NCBI GenBank assembly: GCA_964016885.1
Contig: OZ024751.1
Span: 8,680,001-8,744,000 of the forward strand
Length of the DNA: 64,000 nt
Reading direction: 5' to 3'
DNA from: Eledone cirrhosa
Lineage: Eukaryota
The notes beneath the pieces were generated by a model that was not told the DNA's origin, ran no database searches, and saw nothing but the letters and a program-made list of their open reading frames with translations. The first letter of the stretch is position 1. Each line of letters starts with the position of its first letter. Below, piece by piece: positions 1 through 16,374 of this stretch. A program made the position numbers and the translations under genes.

Positions 1-881
1 AGAATCCTCGCTCATCATCTATAATTTCCATTTGTGGCACCTTAAGATGGGTTAATCAACCATAATAATATGATCACCTTCAGCATAACTTAATTAAACT
101 ACTCTATAGTTAATACACTTTATGCTTTAAAAATCTCTCTTGGAAGATGCGCATCACCATGGAATTTAGGGTCTATATTGGGACACATTTTTATGGCTAG
201 ATATAGAAACCCCAGAGTTACCTCCCCGCACGCATTAACTCCCCTTAGCCACACACACACTTCCGGGCGGTATTCAATGGCGTTTCTCGAAACGTAACAA
301 CCTCCTGTATCGAACTAAAGAACACCAGACAACGATCTCTAACTGGATTGTCGTGGATTATGTGAAAGGCATATAATCGAAATATACACTCCCTTGACCA
401 TGAAAATGCCGAAGTACATGAATTACTTGACATCCCTGCGCTGTGCATCTCCAATACTTATAACACTTTTAATGCTTGCACTATCTTTAATGCTTATAAT
501 ATTTCTCCACACACAGACTATATCAATCATATAAAGAATTTGCCACCAGATCTACCAACCTAACACTCTTATTTACCTACCTAAGTGCCTCTACCACATA
601 TCTCTCTGCCACACTATATAAACAAGACGCACATGCGTGCCACACATATAACATTTGCACTATATAACCGCTTATCTTCATGTTGTATTTTAACCTATAT
701 TTATTTTTGATTTTTGATTGTACCTATTAATATAAATGTAATCTCGAAGTGTGTACTGCCACTCTAAATTCTGTAATGAATGTTGACCCACAATGTTTGT
801 ATATATATCAATGTTTGAATATGTATTGGTATGTCTCTCGGCTGAAAAGGAGGTCATATAACTGTCCATGCATTAATAAAT

Positions 882-928
882 TGCTCCGAAGAATCCAAAC
901 CTTGGTTTGGAGGAAACAGCTGTAAGCA
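882..928 (+). ncRNA. Minimal type I hammerhead ribozyme, variant core, probably at a PLE 3' end
   Basis: tgct-CCGAAGA-(a)tccaaac/cttg/gtttgga(g)-GAAA-cagctg-TA-agca: stem I tgct/agca, 7-bp stem II, palindromic stem III acagctgt; core U4 is C; followed by (TA)n. Confidence 0.65.
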
Positions 929-957
929 CAATAATGTTTTGAACAGTTCTTTGATTC

Positions 958-2160
<1,203 letters not shown>

Positions 2161-2164
2161 TACT

Positions 2165-4657
2165 TATACACAGAACACCTAAACATTGTGTCGGTATATA
2201 AACCTCCAACAACCCCATGCATGTGTCCACTATATCACCAGCTTGGTAGCAAGCCATGCCCTGTTGTTGGAGACATTAATAGCGACAATACTATCTGGGG
2301 TTACAACCACACTAATAATGACGGGGAAGCAGTGGTGAAATGCGCCATTACCCTCGACCTCACAATCATGCACGATTCAAAAGATAATGCATCCTTCCAA
2401 AGCGCACCCTGGAGGAGATGATATAACCCCCACCTGGCTTTCGTATCATCTAGACACTACCAGAATTTTGACAAATTAATTGGTGACCAAATTACCAAGT
2501 TCCAACACCGACCGATGGTCATCGAAATAAAACCTGTTATGAGACCACGAGAGACGTTGCCTAAAGCCAGTTTTAACTTCCGTAAGGCTAAATGGGAGAA
2601 CTTCACATTATACCTAGAAGCTGGGATCCCCAACATCCGTCCAAACCCACTGCACTATGATGACTTCCAAACACTGGTGTGAAAGGCCGCAAATAAAAAT
2701 ATTCCAAGAGGCTGCAGGAAGTCTTTCACCCCAGGACCCAATGAGCAAAATAAAGAAATGTACCAGGAGTACGTCCAGGCGTATAATTACTGCCATAAAC
2801 ACCATAGGGCTCGGAGAGATCCTGACAGCCTCGATCAACAATGAAAAGAAAGAGCGCTGGCAAGAAGTCATAACCAACATCGATATGACTCATAACAGCA
2901 AAAATGCCTGGGCTTCCATAACAAAATTAAGCTCTGAAAAGAGACTACACCCAAGAATAGCTGCCGTTACCCCAAACGAAGTGGCACACCAACTGCTACT
3001 CAACGGTAAGCCGGAGAATAGAGAAAGGGGATACCTAAGGGAAATGAACCAAGACATGAACTGTGTCATGCACAACTCTGACGAAAACTTTGAACCATTT
3101 AACATGAAAGAGCTGCATGCAGCCATGAAACACCTTAAACCCGGGAAGGCAGCCGGCCTGGATGCCATCACAGTGGAGGTGATACTGCACTTTGGAGTAT
3201 TGGCGAAAACGTGGCTCTTGTCGCTCTTTAACATCAGCCTGTCAAATACCAACGATATGGAGTAGAGCTAGAGTGGTGGCTCTCTTGAAGACATGAAAAG
3301 ACCCGGCATCTCCAAAGGGCTACCGACCAATATCCTTACTGTGCACTCTTTACAATCTATAAGAGCGCATGATCATGGCTCGCTTGTCCTCTACTGTAGA
3401 AGAACTAGGCTGGCTTCCGACTCTGCGGTCAAGTACTGAACCTGACTCAATACATCGAGGATAGATTTGAGGGAAAACAAATTACCGGAGCAGTCTTTGT
3501 CGACCTCACAGCTGCCTATGACACCGTGAACCACAGAGCACTTATTTTAAAGGTGGCCGAAACAGTTCGGAACACCACTGCTGTCCGCGTAATTGAGTCA
3601 CTGCTTATCAATCGTTGATTCTTTGTTGAGATGGATAGTAAGCGAAGTAGGTGGCGGGTCCAGAACAACGGACTCGCACAGGGCTCTGTGCTGGCCCCTA
3701 TGCTGTTCAACATTTACACAAATGACCAGCCGCAGTTCCACAATATTCGTAGATTTATATATGCGGATGATCTCTGCATAGCAATACAGTCAGCGCTCCT
3801 TTGACACAATCGAAGAAAGACTATCAAATGCCCTGACAACTCTCTCTGCATACTACAAAAAATGGTACCTTAACGCTAATGCTAGCAAAACGCAGGTGTG
3901 TGCCTTCCATCTTAACAACCACTAATCAAACAGGAAACTAAAAATCAGTTGGGGCAACAATGAACTGGAAAACCACCCTCATCCAGTTTACCTATGAGTT
4001 GCCCTTGATAGAACGCTCTCCTTCAAACAACACAGACAAACTTAAAAGTAAACTGGCAACTAGAAATAATCTCCTCGGAAAACTAACCAACACCAGCTGG
4101 GGTGCAGATCCCATAACACTGAGGCAAACAGCACTGGCACTCTGCTACTCCACCGCAGAATATTGTTCCCCAGTATGGGCAAGGTCGTGCCATGCAAACA
4201 GAGTTGACCCAGAGTTGAACAAATCATGCCGGATGATCACCGGAACATTAAAAGCAACTCCTCTTCCAGCCGTATACACTCTTGCCGGTATTCCACCCGC
4301 CGCCCCACATACTACGAGAGGTCAACGCAAAAGCTGAACGGTACAAACAACAACACGATCCCAGGCATCCACTCTGTGGCCACCAGGAAATAAAAAGACG
4401 ATTAAAGTCTCGAAAAAGCTTCTTAACCGTGGATAGCCTGGAGCATGCACAATCGGCGGGTTACATGCTGGAAAAGTGGAGGGAGAGTGACCGCCGCCCA
4501 CCCAACGCGGCCTTACCGAGCCCAAATGAAAGCCTCCCCAAAGGAACATCTCTTAGCAGAAAGGACTGGGTAACCCTAAGCAGGGCCAGAGCCAAAAAAG
4601 GCAAAACTGGAGACAACCCCCACAAGTGGGGATTGGCCACCTGCGCTGAGTGCCCCT
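2165..4657 (+). mobile_element. Decayed non-LTR retrotransposon, I-group (Ingi/Vingi-like): APE remnant + RT + C-terminus
   Basis: Fragments VSVYKPP, VVGDINS..WGY, LKPGKAAGLDAI, YRPISLL, FVDLTAAYDTV, GLAQGSVLAPMLFNIYTND, YADD, WGADPITLRQTALALCYSTAEYCSPVW; multiple stops and frameshifts. Confidence 0.88.
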
Positions 4658-5337
4658 CGCTCTTACATTCTCTTTGCCTTAATTTTTAATTCTTATCTTA
4701 TATAATATTTCATTAATTTATCATATTTTATATTTTTATATTTGTATCGAACTTCAGTCTGACACTGCTTTGACTTTATACACTCCCTTCCCTGTATATA
4801 TCATATACATGTGTGTGATTGCGCGTGTGTGTATGTTTATACGCGTGCGTCCTTTCATCCTTGTATGTGTATATATTTCAACCCTTAGTCCCTGAGTCTC
4901 TATGTACGCTAACTCCATTATCTTACAATTCCTTTTTCAACATATATATATTTGTGGTATTTGTGATCACACATACACTGATATGCTTGCCCTCATGTAT
5001 GTACTTACGCACACATTTTTTTCATTATACACATGCACTTGTACATACATACACATGTACATTTGTAGGTGCATATACACACATTTATACACATCACCTT
5101 ACTATATTTCTTTATTTTTATTTTTTATACATTTGTGTTATTGCTTTTATTTATTTTTTTTGTCCGTTAAACTTTTTCCTTTCTTGAGGAGATTTTTCAA
5201 ATATTTCACTATGTTTAAATGGCGAACAAATGCGGACGTTTCTTGTATTCGTCTTATTCGGGAAACCTCTGGTAATGAGGTAATTGTACTGTATTGTTTA
5301 TTATACATTAAATATATATATATATATGTATAAATAT

Positions 5338-5410
<73 letters not shown>

Positions 5411-5549
5411 CACATACATATATATATATACATAAATGTATATACATATATACATACATATATATATATATACATAAATGTATATACATATATATACATA
5501 TATATACATATATACTTATACATATATACATATATATATATACATATAT

Positions 5550-5592
<43 letters not shown>

Positions 5593-5793
5593 CACATATA
5601 AACATATATATATATACATATATATATACATATATATATATATATACGTATATATATACATATATATATACATATATACATATACATATATAGGTATACA
5701 TATATATATATATAAATATATATAAGTATGTATGCGTACATACATATATGTATACAGACGTACAGTAGTATGTATATATGAAAAAACGAGCAA

Positions 5794-6450
5794 CGAAACG
5801 AAACGCAAAAGCGTAGAAATGCTGGCAAGCGCTCAATAGTTAAAAAGCTAGAGCTAAAAAATATGTTAAAACGCCATACAATCTGAAAAAGTGGTTAAGA
5901 AGGCATTAACCACCTAAGCCAAACAAGAAATCAAGCTAAACAGGTAAAACAAAATAAATGATAAAAATCTGGACCCAAATGGAATTGGTGGTAAAATCCA
6001 AATGCAGGGCTTCTATGACACCTAAATCAATAATACTTTATGCTTAAAACTATAAGCTTTCAGGATAAAGATCGAACAAGGATTATCACGTTATCAACAG
6101 GTAATTTTGCGCTGTAACCAACTTTGCGAGCAACGCAGAGCTTAGTAAACGCACATGCGTAACTCACAAGGGAAAATTCCCCATATTTTGGCAAATGAAT
6201 TCAGTATGTGTATATCATACAAAAAAATTGCATAGATAGCACAAATCGAATAAACACTCAACCGGGTAGTTTTTAAATTAAACTTATGCAATTAATCTGT
6301 CAATAGAATTATAAATAGGTTAATTGTAAGACTCGGGAGATTAATAAAAATATAATTCAGCGAGAATCGTATTTCGGCTGGTAGAATAAGCGAAACGAAA
6401 CGCAAAATCGTAGAAATGGTGTCAAGCGCTCAACAGTTAAAAAACTAGAG

Positions 6451-6452
<2 letters not shown>
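5794..6452. repeat. ~600-bp non-coding unit bounded by 62-bp direct repeats (5794-5855 and 6391-6452)
   Basis: cgaaacgaaacgcaaaa.cgtagaaatg.tg.caagcgctcaa.agttaaaaa.ctagagct occurs twice, 597 bp apart; partial-tandem layout resembling a PLE pLTR arrangement. Confidence 0.6.
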
Positions 6453-6498
<46 letters not shown>

Positions 6499-6507
6499 GA
6501 CTAGAGC

Positions 6508-6737
<230 letters not shown>

Positions 6738-6740
6738 TAT

Positions 6741-6900
6741 ATAGATGAGATTCTACAGGACTAGAACTGTTTCATTCATTAGAAATCATCAGGAAACAGT
6801 TCTAGTCCTGTAGAATCTCATCTATATTAAAACTGTTATACTCTGCTATGTATTGAGTACCTTACTTACTGTGGTTACCTCCGATTCAACCCGGAATAAC
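6741..6900 (+). mobile_element. Ultra-short 5'-inverted insertion of the Naiad family found at 19.4-26.8 kb
   Basis: 6793-6900 matches the element's 3' end (~26650-26757); 6741-6795 is an inverted copy containing the complete HHR core; both sides are (TA)n. Confidence 0.9.
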
Positions 6901-6901
6901 G

Positions 6902-7101
<200 letters not shown>

Positions 7102-7146
7102 TACGTATATATACGTATATATATATGCACATACGTATATATATAC

Positions 7147-7271
<125 letters not shown>

Positions 7272-7415
7272 CATCTATTATTTATCATTTATCAATTATC
7301 ATTTATTTTGTTTCACCTCTTTAGCTTGATTTGTTTTTTGGCTTAGTATATATATATATATCTATATGCGTATATATATATATACATACGTATGTATATA
7401 TATATATATATATAC

Positions 7416-8802
<1,387 letters not shown>

Positions 8803-9029
8803 TGTATTTATATGTATGAGTATATGTTTTACTTGTTTATTTCTTTTATTATATTTCTTTTTATTTCTAAATTTATAGATACATTTTTATAAATATGCTG
8901 AGTATGACAAACTCCTTAAATACTTACTCCCTTACCTACTTTTAATTCTGCATCTAGATGTAAGTGTATGTGGCCGTGTTTATGTGTGCGCCTCAATATC
9001 CATATAGTTATAATAATAATATATACGTA

Positions 9030-9062
<33 letters not shown>

Positions 9063-9172
9063 GTGTGTGTGTTCGTGGGTATGTGTGTGTTTATGTATAT
9101 ATGCGTGTGTGTGTATGAATGTATGTATATGTGTGTATATATGTGTGTATATATGTATGTATATGTATGTAT

Positions 9173-9382
9173 ATTCGACGTGTTGGTACGTTGTCGGACC
9201 GCATGAACTTCGTTTTCATGCGGTTCATCTGGACATACGTTCTCTCCAAAACTCTTCACCGCGTGTCTCGAGCAGATCATCAGATGCATTGATTCGCAAC
9301 GCGGTGTCAACATCAACGGCGAGATACTTACTTACCTAGCTCTTTTTCGCTGATGACATCCTACTCATCGCTGAAACCACGG
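9173..9382. pseudogene. RTE-clade RT fragment with internal inversion
   Basis: Plus strand 9241-9382 reads [25 protein letters not shown](fs)[11 protein letters not shown]; minus strand 9173-9238 reads QMNRMKTKFMRSDNVP, the downstream RT segment. Confidence 0.75.
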
Positions 9383-9464
9383 ATATATTTATATATTTAT
9401 ATATATAAATATATCATATATGTATATATATGTATATATATATCTAAATATATATCTATATCTA

Positions 9465-9541
<77 letters not shown>

Positions 9542-9542
9542 G

Positions 9543-9574
<32 letters not shown>

Positions 9575-9589
9575 TATACATATATATAC

Positions 9590-9624
<35 letters not shown>

Positions 9625-9675
9625 CATATTTATATACATATACATATATATATATATACATATTTATTTACATAC

Positions 9676-9722
<47 letters not shown>

Positions 9723-9729
<7 letters not shown>

Positions 9730-9914
9730 TAAAATAACAGATTAAAGTTTAAGCAAAGAATCGCTGCTTTCCCCCTTAACGGGATCTTCTGAAACTAACA
9801 AAGTCAATCTGTTACTTTAATAAATATTTGCTCTACGGTTCTTATATATTTGATATATATTTATCCTTATCGAGCCCTCTTTGGATTTTAGTCTTCAAAT
9901 TTATTATTATTACT
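9723..9914 (+). mobile_element. PLE-type 3' end with short inverted copy; the family also occurs at 39352-39440, 41829-41910 (inverted) and 52460-52625
   Basis: Shared tail tttgctctacggttcttatatatttgatatatatttatccttatcgagccctctttggattttagtcttcaaatttattattattac followed by (TA)n; inverted repeat 9723-9742/9806-9826. Confidence 0.75.
9746..9796 (-). ncRNA. Hammerhead ribozyme with CAGAAGA core variant (second copy at 52483-52533, minus strand)
   Basis: Reverse complement: agttt-CAGAAGA-tccc/gttaa/gggg-GAAA-gca..tgc-TT-aaact. Confidence 0.7.
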
Positions 9915-9930
9915 ATATATATATATATAT

Positions 9931-10854
9931 AAAATATTAAACAAATAATGAACAAACAATTCCTTATATTATTTTTCATAATTTATAGATACATTTATAT
10001 TAGGCTGTCTGGTCTGACAACCTAATACTGACCCCTCCCCCCCCCTCCCACCTAATTTCTGTATCTTGATCTTGAAATGTGTGTACCAGTGTGTTTATGT
10101 GAGTGACTTAATTTCTATTTGCTTATGATTTTATATCCACATATATAAATGTGAGTGGGGGAGTGTGTGTGTTTGTGTGCTCGTGGTTATGTGTATATTT
10201 ATATATATATGCACATGTATGTGTGATTATACTGATATGTGTGAGTATGAAAAAAATATATTTATATGCTTGACTCCATAAGTATCATTGCGTACCTTAT
10301 CAGCGCATTAAGCTTACAGAGATATTAACCTTGAAATTTTTTATTTGCATCCATCTTTTTAGTATGCACATACAAATTATACACACATTATTGTAAAATG
10401 TGTGTAGGGTTTTACATGTATATACACACACCAAACTGCTTTTTAACCCTTTGTGTTTTCATTGGTCAATTTTGAACTGATATTTTGAATTGTTGTTATT
10501 ATCAATAAATATACTTCATTATTTCTGAAGACGGCATATATATGAGTTAGGTATGTATATTTAATCTTGATAATTTGTATAATTTTGTATAATTTTGTAC
10601 ATAGATCTGTTAAATATGCATACCAATTATAACACATATATACCCTAGAAACGATCGTTAAATAGTGAACTTTTTTTGTTTAATATAAGGAATTGTTTGT
10701 TCATTATTTGTTTAATATTTTATCTTGACTCTGTATACCGTTTATCTTTCACCGAAATTGGATTTTCATTACATCTCTTCTTTCCATGATATCCGGAATA
10801 CATTGAGTTCTTCATACGGATTGGACACTACCGTAAACTCTTGGTAGATTTATC

Positions 10855-10857
<3 letters not shown>
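9931..10857 (+). mobile_element. Non-coding PLE-type 3' segment with HHR and a short 5' inverted repeat
   Basis: 9931-9970 is the reverse complement of ~10681-10720; the 3' part matches 8387-8737; 9980-10150 resembles 8870-9020; ends in (TA)n. Confidence 0.75.
10515..10669 (+). ncRNA. Type I hammerhead ribozyme with ~116-nt stem II
   Basis: ttcattattt-CTGAAGA-long hairpin (ggtatgtatattt/aaatatgcatacc)-GAAA-cgatcg-TT-aaatagtgaa; 10-bp stem I. Confidence 0.82.
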
Positions 10858-10939
<82 letters not shown>

Positions 10940-10942
<3 letters not shown>

Positions 10943-11830
10943 AAGAGTTATAATACGAAAGGAGCTGTGTGGTTACTAAAAACAAGGATTAGGGTTAGGG
11001 TTAGAACGAAACAGGTGGAGAAAGAAGAAAGGAGTTTCCATCGTCAACTGGATATGTATCCCGAACCGATGTTTCGCCGCTGAATTACAGGACATCGGTG
11101 TAGTTGGGGTGCCTCGAGGCCTTTTAATAATCAAAAGGCCAGGTGGAAAAGGAGAGGGAAAGAGAGAGAAAAAGGAGGGGAAAAAAGGAAAGAGAGAGAA
11201 AGGAGGAAGAAGAGATTGGGGATAAAGATGAGGAGAGAGGAAAAAGGGGAAAAATAGGAAAGGAATAGAGGAAAAAAGTGTGCAGATCCCATCGTGGGAA
11301 GACACAGGTGAAAGGAACATGCAAAAAATTAACCGTGGTAAAATAGGGAAAGTAAGTTGTGGCCAACCTGGGAGACTTTAGGCTGGTGGTCTGCTACGAC
11401 TCAGAGCTGGTATGATCGTGCTGCCTCTCGCATAGACAGGAGAAAGTGAGAGAGAGACACAAGCAACAAAAAGTGAGGAGGAGAAGGGAAAGAGAGATAA
11501 TCCAGAAGGTTTTTTTTACGACGTTGGTAAAAACGTGCCGCAAAGATTGCGGACAGAGAGGCCTCCACGGCACGTGTAAACATGTCAACAATCAAACCCG
11601 AACGGATGGATAGAGTGAGAGAGGGAGAGAGAAAAAAAACGAGAGTGAGGAGGAGAAGGGAAGAGAGAAGGGTGGGTCGATGCGAAAGTGTGCAGGGTAC
11701 ACAGATCGACCAAAGCAGGTAGGGTCACAGTGGTAAATACAAAAAGTTATGAAACGAAAGGAGCTGTGTGGTTACTAAAAACAAGGTTTAGGATGGTGGT
11801 TAGGACGGAACAGGAGGAGAAAGGAAGAAA
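10940..11830. mobile_element. ~800-bp purine-skewed non-coding element with ~90-bp direct terminal repeats (probable non-autonomous PLE derivative)
   Basis: acgaaaggagctgtgtggttactaaaaacaagg occurs at ~10955 and ~11753; flanked by (TA)n; no ORF. Confidence 0.5.
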
Positions 11831-11836
11831 TGAGTT

Positions 11837-11875
<39 letters not shown>

Positions 11876-11904
11876 CGTATATACATATATATATATATAT
11901 ATAC

Positions 11905-12420
11905 ATATAACGAAGGAGTTGTGGTAAGGAACCAGATGGACAATAACGCACCAGAGTACTCAATACTTAGGGTAGTAGAGTGGGAAAATGTATGACTCCG
12001 ACGGCAGAGCTCAAGCCGTTTCGATGGCTATTTCTGGAGTAAATTAGAATGTTTAGCGTGGTAAATAAATACCCGAACTGTTCAAGGGGTACATCCTTAT
12101 ATGGGAAGATTGTAGTTGTCAAGAGGATTGGTCAAAATTTCTTGTAAACACAATTAAGTCTATCATGGCAGTGGGTAGGGGTGGGGGTCGCTAAACTTGC
12201 CTGTAGAACAATGAGGGAGTGGGTGGAGCCGGTCAAGCGTTGAAAGTGAAATCTATACAGCAAATTCTAAGGATTGTGTATGAAAGTAGGCCAGAGGTAG
12301 TAGGCGAAAAAGGGTTCTGGCGAAAATAGGGGAGGGACGTTATAGAATAGGTGAATCAATTGAGATTAGGAGATACTAAATAAATAAGAGGCAAATATAT
12401 AAAAATATAAAGTTGGATAG
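11905..12420 (-). mobile_element. Probable PLE 3' end with a degenerate HHR half
   Basis: Reverse complement has GAAA-cggc..gccg-TC-ggagt, which can pair with actcc, but no intact CUGANGA; followed by gtattgagtac as in the Naiad 3' end. Confidence 0.4.
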
Positions 12421-14019
12421 TATTGTATGTATATATATATCTATGTATGTATGCGTGTGTATATGTATACATTATCACCTAATATAACGTGATGGGAATA
12501 TTTAAACTTACAGATGAATGTAGAGTTGTTCTACAAAAACAGATTCATGAAATATTAACCGTACATCTTGAGAAGTACATAGTAAGTACGAAGAAACGAA
12601 AATGCCATGTCTTTACTCTGAATGGATCCTAACAAATAAAAATAGATGTCATGCTAAAGCACGATTACAAGACGGTTACTAAAGTGATAGAAATACTTAT
12701 TTAAAAAAGCCGGAGCTGAAAAGTGGAATTACAAAATGTTACAGTACAACATTAACAAAAAGGGCTCACTACCTGGTTAATGGTTGGAAAGACTGAACTA
12801 AGCAGAAACAGTACTGAGAGGCTAGGTAGAGTTACTGAAGGATTTAGTTTGTAAAACCATGTTTATCGCCTGCATTTAATTTGAGATTCTTGAATCCAAG
12901 AAATGCAGGTATTATTATCTCAGTATTTTTCTTGACTCTTACATTTTTCAGTTTTCACTTGACAATGCAAGTTTTCCAGACACCGGAACATGGTGTCAAT
13001 GTATTCTTTCATAAAATTCTTTGTTTTGTATATTCGGCGCATCACTCCCATTGTATAAACCTCATGATATGGTTAAATGTGTAACACTTAGCTAGGTTAT
13101 CAGGAATACAAATGTGTAAAACCTCGTCCGTTTATTTCAAAGTATTGTGTCATGGAAAGAAAATCACTTCTGTCTATAGGAAACTGGAATAACGGTGTCG
13201 TTTCTGTTAGTACCATAATATCTCACTAATTGCGTATCATCTATTCATTTTGAAGGGCTTAGTAGATACTTGATAATCATATATCTGGTGATAACATGAT
13301 ACATCGATGAAAGAAGAGTTAAACAAAACACAAAACGATAAGAAGTTTCCATTCTACTGTATCTACCAACAAACCACAGTAGATCATTTTAAGATCATAA
13401 CCGTACATTGTTATTAGCCCAACATGTTATAAGGTTGTGGTATAGTCGAATTTAATGATACCTTAGTCTCTGTAACATACCAGTGGACCTGACATAAGTA
13501 CACCTAGTTAGAGACGGCAAGTAGATTACAGTTGGTATATATAATTGTGGTATGAATTGGACGCCTTAGGGAGAAGGATTAAAATATATACTCCAAATCA
13601 TAGATTACGACGCTTAAATGCTTCCAGCAAATCGACATATTTAGTAATTTCATTATATTTGGCAACCTAGAATTCTACTTTATTTCAATTATTCTCTTGA
13701 ATTAAATTTATCAATCACCTTATGGCTACAATCTATAATAACATCTTGCAGCATCATTCTATAATTCTGAACGTAAACAGTCTCTCTGCGTTTCTAAATA
13801 TTATATTTCTATTCATACCGAAGTAGATTCTGATATTTAAAAAAATATAACTATCGCACTGTTAAACTAAGGGTAAAATTTAGGATTCTGCATATAAACT
13901 TGTTGAAACTAATAATGATTACAATAATAAAAATATTTATAATGAATAAAATCAATAGTAATAATAAAAATGATATTATGAAGGACGGAAAGCAACACAT
14001 TCATTTTTTCAATGTATGA

Positions 14020-14080
14020 AAATATGTAAACTGAAGGAGAGGATATATAATATATACACTCTCCTTCAGTTTACATATTT
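14020..14080. repeat. 61-nt hairpin with a perfect 22-bp stem
   Basis: aaatatgtaaactgaaggagag / ctctccttcagtttacatattt. Confidence 0.85.
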
Positions 14081-14407
14081 ATATATACTATATATATATG
14101 TAGATGAACAATAGAAAGTTATATAAAAATATCATATGAATAAACCATGTAAAAGCTTCTGAAAAAATACATACGATAAATATATATCTATACAGAAACA
14201 AGGTTATTGGTGCGAGTTCCAATTGTAGAGTTTTTAACAAACTCTGGATTTTATTTTTGAGATCTTCCATATAATAAACATCTTTTGCCATTCATAGTCC
14301 AAGAATACTTCCCGCGCCTATTTAATAATTATTTCTAACATAGACATAATTCCATCAATTTCGGAAAAATGGAATGTCGAATATATGAACTTTTGTATTT
14401 TATATTC

Positions 14408-14530
14408 GTGACCCCAGAAGTGTGAAATGCAAAGCTAACCTCGGCAGAATTTGACGTCAAGATATAGAAAGCCGTAACTAAATACTGCAAAGTATATTGT
14501 CCGACGCTCTAGCAATACAACCATTCCAAC
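14408..14530 (-). mobile_element. Degraded tRNA-derived SINE (same family as 52007-52187)
   Basis: gacccc..tgaaatgcaaagctaacctcggcagaatttga..gtccgacgctcta aligns by eye to the 52-kb copy. Confidence 0.6.
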
Positions 14531-16134
14531 AACACCCTTCCTATATTAATGACCATAACAAGATTTACAAACTAATAAAAGAAAAGAAAGACTGAGAAGT
14601 ACGAAAGCTGTTTGTTTGAATACGGTGGCAAGGAATAGCTATATAGGTGTAACATTTGAAGAAAGAAATGAGTCTTCTGATTTCTAAGAAGTATTGTAAG
14701 TATGTTATAATATAGCGATTAGCTTTGACTAGGAATCGAAAATGTTATTCTGGTCTGACTTCGTAAAATCCTACTCGAATAGAACATACGGTTTTGTGAT
14801 ATTACAACGACTTACGCATACTGTATTATGTATACATATGTTTCTGATCTATAGGTTTTCTATAATAGAAATCCGATTGAATAGGATCCAATTATTTACA
14901 TAAAAAACACTTATTTATACTAAAATATTCTTATCAAAACGTTTCTCTTAATTAGTTGTTAGATCAAAAGAAATACACTTCCTTTGAAAATAGAATAAAA
15001 ATTAAATGATAAAGAAATGCTATCTTATTAATTAATTCGTCTCAGCGAATGATTCAATTAAATAAAGGGAAAGGTCATCTAACTATGACACTATTACTCG
15101 TGTAAGTTCCAGGGGTCTCTCGGAATGGGCTGAGGAAAAAAGATACAAATAAAAATGTAGGAAAAATGGACAAAACAAGAATTATATGAAATTGGAATCA
15201 TTTATATCTGGGTTGTTAGTAGATAATGTAGAATATAGCAATAAAATGACTCGGTTCTAATGAATATTTTGTGATATAATGTTTATTTCAGGGCGATGAA
15301 GTAAAATTGAAAATGGAAATGCTAAATATTATTTCTTTGTTTATCCATGAATATCGAATGCATTAATGCTGCATCGGTCTACTAAGTATGAATATTGAAC
15401 CCAAATATAAAATGCGCCAATTATGTTCAAAAGAATCATTGAAAACTATATTGGATTATCACAAATGTATTGTACGTCGTCACGGCTCAAAGGTCCTTTT
15501 GCTTAAATGAGAGCAATGGAGGGGAAAAGCCTATGGCAAAACAATTGATTTCTTGAAAAACTCTGGATATATCGCTTTTATGAAGTGAGAAATTTCATCG
15601 AATACATTTCCTTGCACTGAAAATAGAAATTGTTGAGGAACATGAAAGAGAACGTAAATTGAAGACAAAAGGAATATTGTGTAGGTGTGCATAGGAAATG
15701 GGAGAATGTGAGAGATTGAGAGATTGGGATTGAAGGAGGGAGAAAAACAGCTATTGTGAAGGGGAGCGCATGAATGCATATGAAAGTGTGGTATCTGTGA
15801 TATAGAAAAATGCACTCTGCAAAATGGATCAATGTTTAGTATTTTATTGGCAAATGAGGAATTTGTTAAGAATATTATCATAAGGATATTGGAGAAAATA
15901 GTCCTATAATGAAAACTGCAAGAATATGATGGAAGCTATTAACATTGCAGACCTCGTGTGAATTGTATATATTAGATGGAACGTGCAGGAAAATATATAG
16001 AAGACGTGAAATGGAATGTAAACTAAATATCTACAGAGAATTCGATGTAATTATCATTGCACACGCACGCACTGAGACAACGTATACAAGAACACACAGA
16101 TATACACACACATATCTACACAGAATCATGTATC

Positions 16135-16227
<93 letters not shown>

Positions 16228-16286
16228 ATGAGTATATTTGTGTATGTATATATGTAGATGTATATATGTACATGTATATACGTATA

Positions 16287-16371
<85 letters not shown>

Positions 16372-16374
<3 letters not shown>

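Noticed and set aside
5177-5280. Possible further HHRs here and at ~37777-37812, ~11060-11100 and ~42272-42355
   Set aside because: Cores or stem I are too degenerate to support a call
9181-9240. Apparent HHR (cagatga + hairpin) on the minus strand
   Set aside because: No GAAA or stem III; better explained as RTE RT coding sequence (QMNRMKTKFM)
10988-11004. Telomeric TTAGGG repeats
   Set aside because: Only about 2.5 units and not conserved in the second terminal repeat
15290-15950. Purine-rich, possibly ancient LINE coding remnant
   Set aside because: No diagnostic motif could be read with confidence
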